DNA of 64,000 nt from Candidatus Eremiobacteria bacterium (lineage in GTDB: Bacteria > Vulcanimicrobiota > Vulcanimicrobiia > Vulcanimicrobiales > Vulcanimicrobiaceae), in contig CAVWUU010000001.1 in assembly GCA_963758295.1 (NCBI GenBank), forward strand, positions 160,001 through 224,000, read 5' to 3'. Positions 59,028 to 64,000 of this stretch are shown here, one piece after another. Positions within the stretch are counted from its first letter, which is position 1. The number at the start of each line of letters is the position of its first letter. A program made the position numbers and the translations under genes. Below the pieces are notes generated by a model that was not told the DNA's origin, ran no database searches, and saw only the letters and a program-made list of their open reading frames with translations.

Positions 59028-59696
59028 ATGCCCGCACCTGGGAACCTGCACGTCGTCGACCATCCGGCCGTCGCGGATCGCCTTGCGCGTTTACGCGATC
59101 GCGAGACGCCCACGCCGGTTTTCCGTACGCTCATAGAGGAGCTGGGAGCATTTCTGGCTTACGAGGCGACTCGCTCACTTCCGTTGCGTGATGAATTGGT
59201 CACGACGCCCCTCATCGAAACCACGGCAAAACGCATCGCCACGCGGCCCGTGGCTGCGCCCGTGCTGCGCGCGGGACTCGGACTGCTTCCCGGCTTTCTC
59301 AGCGTGATCGACGACGCGGTCGTTGCGCACTTGGGATTCTATCGCGACCCCGAATCGTTACGTCCGATTCCGTACTATGCAAACGTTCCGCCGGAACTCG
59401 GCGACCGCCACGTCTTTGTGTTGGACCCGATGCTCGCCACCGGTTATTCGGGCGTCGCGGCTCTCGATGCGCTAGTAGAACGCGGCGCGCGCAAGTTGAC
59501 GTTCGTTTGCGTGATTGCGGCGCCTGAAGGCGTACAGACGCTCCATGCGGCGCATCCCGACGTTCGCATCATCACCGCATCGCTCGATGCGGGATTGAAC
59601 GGCCATGCTTACATTCTGCCGGGCCTCGGCGACGCCGGAGACCGGATGTTCGGCAGTCTCACGTCGGTGCCGGCCGCCGTTCGTTCGAAGGCCTAA
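59028..59696 (+). CDS. upp: Uracil phosphoribosyltransferase
   Basis: VLRAGLG, LDPMLATG, YILPGLGDAGDRMFG. Confidence 0.95.
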   Translation: MPAPGNLHVVDHPAVADRLARLRDRETPTPVFRTLIEELGAFLAYEATRSLPLRDELVTTPLIETTAKRIATRPVAAPVLRAGLGLLPGFLSVIDDAVVAHLGFYRDPESLRPIPYYANVPPELGDRHVFVLDPMLATGYSGVAALDALVERGARKLTFVCVIAAPEGVQTLHAAHPDVRIITASLDAGLNGHAYILPGLGDAGDRMFGSLTSVPAAVRSKA

Positions 59697-59698
59697 TC

Positions 59699-60136
59699 AT
59701 GCGCCCCGGTTGGGACGAATACTTCATGCAAATCGCGCATACGGTTGCGACGCGCGCCACGTGCCCGCGCGCCTCGGTTGGTGCCGTCTTGGTACGCCAA
59801 CACCGCATTTTGACGACCGGGTATAACGGCGCGCCGCGCGGCGTGGGTCATTGCACCGAAGTAGGGTGCACGATCGTCGACGGACATTGCGTGCGCGCGA
59901 CGCACGCGGAGGCCAACGCCATCGTCCAAGGCGCATTGCATGGCATCGAGCTTCAAGGCGCTACCGCATATTGCACGCATCAGCCGTGCGTCGGCTGCTC
60001 GAAGCTGCTCATCAGCGCGGGCGTCGTGAAAATCGTCTACGACCTTGCTTATCCCGATCCGATCGCAACCGAATTATTAGCCGAAGCCGGCGTCGCGCTC
60101 GTGCAGTTTGCGCACCTCGAAGGATCGCGTCTGTGA
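59699..60136 (+). CDS. dCMP deaminase family protein (ComEB-like)
   Basis: WDEYFM, TGYNG, HAEANA, PCVGC. Confidence 0.92.
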   Translation: MRPGWDEYFMQIAHTVATRATCPRASVGAVLVRQHRILTTGYNGAPRGVGHCTEVGCTIVDGHCVRATHAEANAIVQGALHGIELQGATAYCTHQPCVGCSKLLISAGVVKIVYDLAYPDPIATELLAEAGVALVQFAHLEGSRL

Positions 60137-61206
60137 GCGCCGGCTTTCTGTACCTCGCGGCCTTTGCGCTTGCCGCGATCGTAACCGCGCTCGGGACGCC
60201 GCTTGTCATCCGGCTCGCGACGCATTTGGAAATTATCGACGCCACGCACGAAGAGCGTCGCGTGCACGAAATTCCAACGCCGCGCATCGGCGGACTCGCA
60301 GTATTCTTCGGTTTCGCATTTGCGCTCTTCGCCGTGCTCGGCTTTGCGCTGTCGTCGCCGTACTCGCTCTTTCCGTCGGTAGCGCACCTGGGCATCCATC
60401 AAAAGATCGAAGCGATGAGCGATCAGTTCGACGCAATCCATCAGCTCGTCGGCTTACTCTTCGGCAGCATGTTGATTCTCGGTGTCGGCGCATGGGACGA
60501 TATCATGCAGCTGCGCCCGCGAAACAAGATGCTCGCGCAGATCATCGTCGCGTTGATCTCGATGCTCTACGGGTTCATAATTCCCGGCGTTACCAATCCG
60601 TTCGACCACAATCCGGCGACGAACTGGATCGACTTTCCGTACTGGGTCTCGGTGCCTCTAACGTTGCTCTGGTACGTCGGCATGATGAACGCGATCAATT
60701 TCATCGACGGTCTCGACGGGCTTCTTGCCGGCTTTGCGGCGATCTCGAGCATCTTTCTCTTCGCTATCTCGATCGTTCACCTGAGCCCGGTCGTGGCTCT
60801 CGTCGTGGTAGCGCTTGCGGGCGCCGCGCTCGGATTTCTTCCTTATAACTTCAATCCGGCGAAAATCTTTCTCGGCGACGCAGGCTCCCTGTTTATCGGC
60901 TACGTCTTCGCAACCGTTTCAATCATCGGCGCGAGCAAAACCGCGATTGCAATCAGCATCGTCGTTCCGGTCGTTGTGTTGGCATTGCCGATCTTGGACA
61001 CGGCGGCGGCCATCGTGCGGCGCGCAAGCGCCGGAAAGAAAATTACGGAAGCCGATCGCGGTCACTTCCATCATCAACTGATCTTCCGCTTCGGACTGAA
61101 CGTGCGTCAGGCGGTGCTTTTGATCTATGCCGTGTGTTTTCTCCTGGGCATTGTTGCCCTTGCTCTCTCGGGCGGCTTCACGCACGTTTTTAAGCACACG
61201 CTATGA
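60133..61206 (+). CDS. wecA: Undecaprenyl-phosphate GlcNAc-1-phosphate transferase (WecA/TagO)
   Basis: PRIGGLA, WDD, NAINFIDGLDGL, PAKIFLGDAGS, DRGHFHH. Confidence 0.9.
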   Translation: MSAGFLYLAAFALAAIVTALGTPLVIRLATHLEIIDATHEERRVHEIPTPRIGGLAVFFGFAFALFAVLGFALSSPYSLFPSVAHLGIHQKIEAMSDQFDAIHQLVGLLFGSMLILGVGAWDDIMQLRPRNKMLAQIIVALISMLYGFIIPGVTNPFDHNPATNWIDFPYWVSVPLTLLWYVGMMNAINFIDGLDGLLAGFAAISSIFLFAISIVHLSPVVALVVVALAGAALGFLPYNFNPAKIFLGDAGSLFIGYVFATVSIIGASKTAIAISIVVPVVVLALPILDTAAAIVRRASAGKKITEADRGHFHHQLIFRFGLNVRQAVLLIYAVCFLLGIVALALSGGFTHVFKHTL

Positions 61207-62366
61207 CAACTATGAAGAAACTTTTGCGAGTAATGACGGTGTTCGGCACGCGGCCGGACACGATTAAAATGGCGCCGGTCGTTCATGCGCTCGACGCGCA
61301 TCCGGAGATCGAATCGATCGTGTGCGTTACGGCGCAGCACCGGCAGATGCTCGACGATTTGCTCGAGCTCTTCGCGATTACGCCGCAATACGACCTCGAC
61401 ATCATGACCCCGGACCAGACGCTGACGCAAATTACGACCCGCGTCCTCAACGGCATGGAGCCGGTACTCAAAGAAGCCAAGCCCGACGTGGTTCTCGTGC
61501 ATGGCGATACCACCACGAGTTCCTCTGCGTCACTTGCGGCGTTCTACCAGCAGATACCGGTGGGACACGTCGAAGCCGGTTTGCGCACCAGCGATCCTTG
61601 GCTTCCGTATCCGGAAGAAATGAACCGGCGCATCACGGGAACGATCGCTTCGTATCATTTCTCGCCCACGACGCTTGCGCGCGAGCATCTGCTGCGCGAA
61701 AACGTGAACGCCGAAGACATCATCGTTACCGGCAACACCGTCATCGATGCGTTCCTCGACACGGCGCACCGTGCGAATCTGCCCGCGCCGCCTCGCTGGA
61801 ACGAAATCGATCCGCTTCGCCCGCTGATCCTCGTCACCGCGCATCGCCGGGAAAACCACCCGCACATGCGCGAGATGTGCGAAGCCATGCGCGAGATCAC
61901 GCGGTTAGCGGAACGTCCGCAAATTTACTGGCCGGTACACCCGTCGCCTCACGTTAGGCCGGTCGCCTACGATGTTCTCGGCAACACCGAAGGCGCGATT
62001 CTCGTCGATCCGATCGACTACGCGCACATGGTTGCCGCCGTTAAAGCCTCGACGTTCGTGCTAACCGATTCCGGCGGACTTCAAGAAGAAGCGCCGTGCC
62101 TCGGAAAACCCGTGCTTGTCATGCGCGAGGAAACCGAACGTCCCGAGGGACTGGAAGCGGGCACGCTGGAGCTTGTGGGCCACGAGCGTGCAGCGATCGT
62201 CTCGGCGGCGCACCGTTTGCTCGGCGATGAAATCGAATACGCTCGGATGGCGCGCTCGGTGAATCCCTACGGCGACGGCCACGCGTCGTCGCGCATCGTC
62301 GCCTGGCTGCTCGCCCGCTTGCACGAGGGAGGCTATCCGGAGCCTTTCGGCCTCGTCGGATCGTGA
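61203..62366 (+). CDS. wecB: UDP-N-acetylglucosamine 2-epimerase
   Basis: FGTRP, HGDTTT, HVEAGLR, TDSGGLQEE, NPYGDG. Confidence 0.95.
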   Translation: MTTMKKLLRVMTVFGTRPDTIKMAPVVHALDAHPEIESIVCVTAQHRQMLDDLLELFAITPQYDLDIMTPDQTLTQITTRVLNGMEPVLKEAKPDVVLVHGDTTTSSSASLAAFYQQIPVGHVEAGLRTSDPWLPYPEEMNRRITGTIASYHFSPTTLAREHLLRENVNAEDIIVTGNTVIDAFLDTAHRANLPAPPRWNEIDPLRPLILVTAHRRENHPHMREMCEAMREITRLAERPQIYWPVHPSPHVRPVAYDVLGNTEGAILVDPIDYAHMVAAVKASTFVLTDSGGLQEEAPCLGKPVLVMREETERPEGLEAGTLELVGHERAAIVSAAHRLLGDEIEYARMARSVNPYGDGHASSRIVAWLLARLHEGGYPEPFGLVGS

Positions 62367-62545
62367 ACTCAGCCGCTCCTCTGATCGCCGCCGGCGGCAC
62401 GTTCGCCGGCAGTGCCCTAGCCGGACTGCTGATCGGCATCCTGATCGCCCAGCGAACCGGCTCGCAGCTTTGGGTCTTCACCGGATTGCTCGTGGGTCTC
62501 GGCCTCGGCGCTTACTCCGCCGTCCGCCTTTTGATGCGCTCCTAA
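62363..62545 (+). CDS. AtpZ/AtpI-type small two-TM protein
   Basis: 60 aa with two TM helices, at the head of the atp operon. Confidence 0.7.
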   Translation: MNSAAPLIAAGGTFAGSALAGLLIGILIAQRTGSQLWVFTGLLVGLGLGAYSAVRLLMRS

Positions 62546-63067
62546 ATGGGCGAAAAAGGGGACTCCCGCGAACCGGCGGGCGCGCAGTCCGGACGGGATG
62601 CGTTTGGACGAAGTGCCGGTTCAAACGAAGGGGTACCCGACGCGCAGAGCGGGTCGGGGTGGGAGGATACGGCTCCGCCCCAGCGTACCTACAGCGACGC
62701 CGAAGCGGCCGCCGATCTTGCGAGGTACTATCGCCTCAAGCGTTCGGTCTCGTTTCAGACCCTGATCGTCGTTGCGATCGTAGCGCTCCTTGGCGTCCAC
62801 TGGCTGCCGGTTCCGGCGCTCGCTCTGGCCGCCGGCGGTGTATGCGGCGTGTTGAACGCCTTGGTTACGATGCGTTCCGGCGAGCGGCTTGTCGAAAGCC
62901 GCAAAGTCGGAGGCTTCGTCTTAAGTAGTTTCCTTCGAATCGCAGTCTTCGGTATAGTCCCGGTGGCATTTGCCGCCATTGGACCCTGGTGGTCGATGGG
63001 TTGGTATTTCGCCGCATTCTTTCTCCCCATCGTGCTTTATGGAATAGAACTTCAAAAAGCGCGGTAG
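62546..63067 (+). CDS. atpI: ATP synthase protein I
   Basis: Four TM helices directly before atpB, with a hydrophilic N-terminal extension. Confidence 0.7.
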   Translation: MGEKGDSREPAGAQSGRDAFGRSAGSNEGVPDAQSGSGWEDTAPPQRTYSDAEAAADLARYYRLKRSVSFQTLIVVAIVALLGVHWLPVPALALAAGGVCGVLNALVTMRSGERLVESRKVGGFVLSSFLRIAVFGIVPVAFAAIGPWWSMGWYFAAFFLPIVLYGIELQKAR

Positions 63068-63102
63068 GAGTATGTGGGCCGGAGAGGGCCTTTTTTTAGA
63101 AT

Positions 63103-63834
63103 ATGCACGAGCAAATCGGCGAGCATTTCCTGTGGAATCTGCCGTTCATCGGAACGGTCCACGCGGATACCATCATGACGACATGGGTCGTGATGGTCGT
63201 TTCGTTGATTTTCTTCGCGTGGATCGGTGCGAGTTACCGTTCGGCTTACGTAACTAAGCGTCAAACGGTCATCGAAGCTACCGTTAATTACATCAGCGAT
63301 CTCGCGCTCAGCACCCTCGGCGAAAAAGGCGAACCGTTCGTTCCGTTCTTTATCGCGCTCTTCGTCTTCATCTTTTTGCTGAACCAGTTCGGTATGTTCC
63401 CGTTCAAGGTGCTGGGCCTGCCCTTCGGCGGCTCTCCGACGGCGGACTTGAATACGACGGTACCGCTCGCGCTCATCGTCTTCTTCTTGACGTGGATCGC
63501 CGGCATTCGCCAGAACGGTCTCAAGCAGTTCTTGCACGTGACGAAGCCGATGTGGGCGCTCACGCCGATCAACATCCTGGAAGAGCTGGCGCGTCCTGCG
63601 ACGCTTGCCGCCCGTTTGTTCTTCAACATCTTCGTTGGTGAACTGCTGTTCATCATCATCGCCTCGATCGTGACGGCGCACGTGAAGGTGGGCAGCTTCG
63701 ATCTGTCGCTCGCGGTGACGGTCGTCCCGTTCTTAGTTCAGTTTTTCAACTTCTTCGTTGGAACAATCCAAGCGTTCGTATTCACGCTGCTCGCGATCGT
63801 TTATCTATCGCTCGCGACGGCGGAAGACCACTAA
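63103..63834 (+). CDS. atpB: ATP synthase F0 subunit a
   Basis: SPTADLN and INILEELARPATLAARLFFNI. Confidence 0.95.
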   Translation: MHEQIGEHFLWNLPFIGTVHADTIMTTWVVMVVSLIFFAWIGASYRSAYVTKRQTVIEATVNYISDLALSTLGEKGEPFVPFFIALFVFIFLLNQFGMFPFKVLGLPFGGSPTADLNTTVPLALIVFFLTWIAGIRQNGLKQFLHVTKPMWALTPINILEELARPATLAARLFFNIFVGELLFIIIASIVTAHVKVGSFDLSLAVTVVPFLVQFFNFFVGTIQAFVFTLLAIVYLSLATAEDH

Positions 63835-63854
63835 AGTCTAGAAAGGTACTCGAG

Positions 63855-64000
63855 TTGACTTCTGAAGCATTGGTTGCAGGCCTTACGATCTTGGCCTTCG
63901 GCCTCATCATTGCCGGCGTTGCGTTCGGCTCCGCCATCGGCGACGGCATCGTTGCCAGCAAAGCGGTTGAAGCGATTGCGCGTCAGCCGGAAGCCCGCCC
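63855..64000 (+). CDS. atpE: ATP synthase F0 subunit c (runs off window)
   Basis: Hand translation from TTG after GAAAGG: MTSEALVAGLTILAFGLIIAGVAFGSAIGDGIVASKAVEAIARQPEARP. Confidence 0.92.
   Translation, partial: MTSEALVAGLTILAFGLIIAGVAFGSAIGDGIVASKAVEAIARQPEAR

Overview
This is a GC-rich bacterial chromosomal window, mostly core genes. They include maf-mreC-mreD-mrdA, rpmA-obgE-nadD, fabF-rnc-smc-purH, hisS-accB-(ADP-heptose/LPS cluster)-aspS, udg, lysR/MFS, trmL, a dipeptide-epimerase/DUF1611/peptide-SBP/C39 operon, a CPD photolyase, 6S RNA, and rpiB-glyA-upp-dCMP deaminase-wecA-wecB-atpZ/I/B/E. Firmicutes-like gene order, an L27 N-terminal extension and Bacillus-type 6S motifs occur together with LPS genes. 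This points to a diderm Terrabacteria lineage, possibly Vulcanimicrobiota/Eremiobacterota (inference). The most unusual items are: (1) a duplicated two-gene module of signal-less ~1085-aa proteins with six DUF11-like Ig repeats, each followed by a membrane-anchored HEAT-like partner; (2) a chimeric mini-gene, PBP2 N-terminus plus MreD C-terminus, between mreD and mrdA; (3) interleaved direct repeats at the purH 3' end, diverged mostly at synonymous sites, bracketing an AT-richer cargo; (4) an 899-aa Zn-phospholipase-C-fold protein coupled to a His-rich partner; (5) a two-site cupredoxin lipoprotein missing from the ORF track. Single-base indels in smc, glyA and the DUF1611 gene are probably assembly errors. 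I saw no tRNA, rRNA, CRISPR array, integrase or transposase. All family calls are by-eye motif recognition, not database searches.
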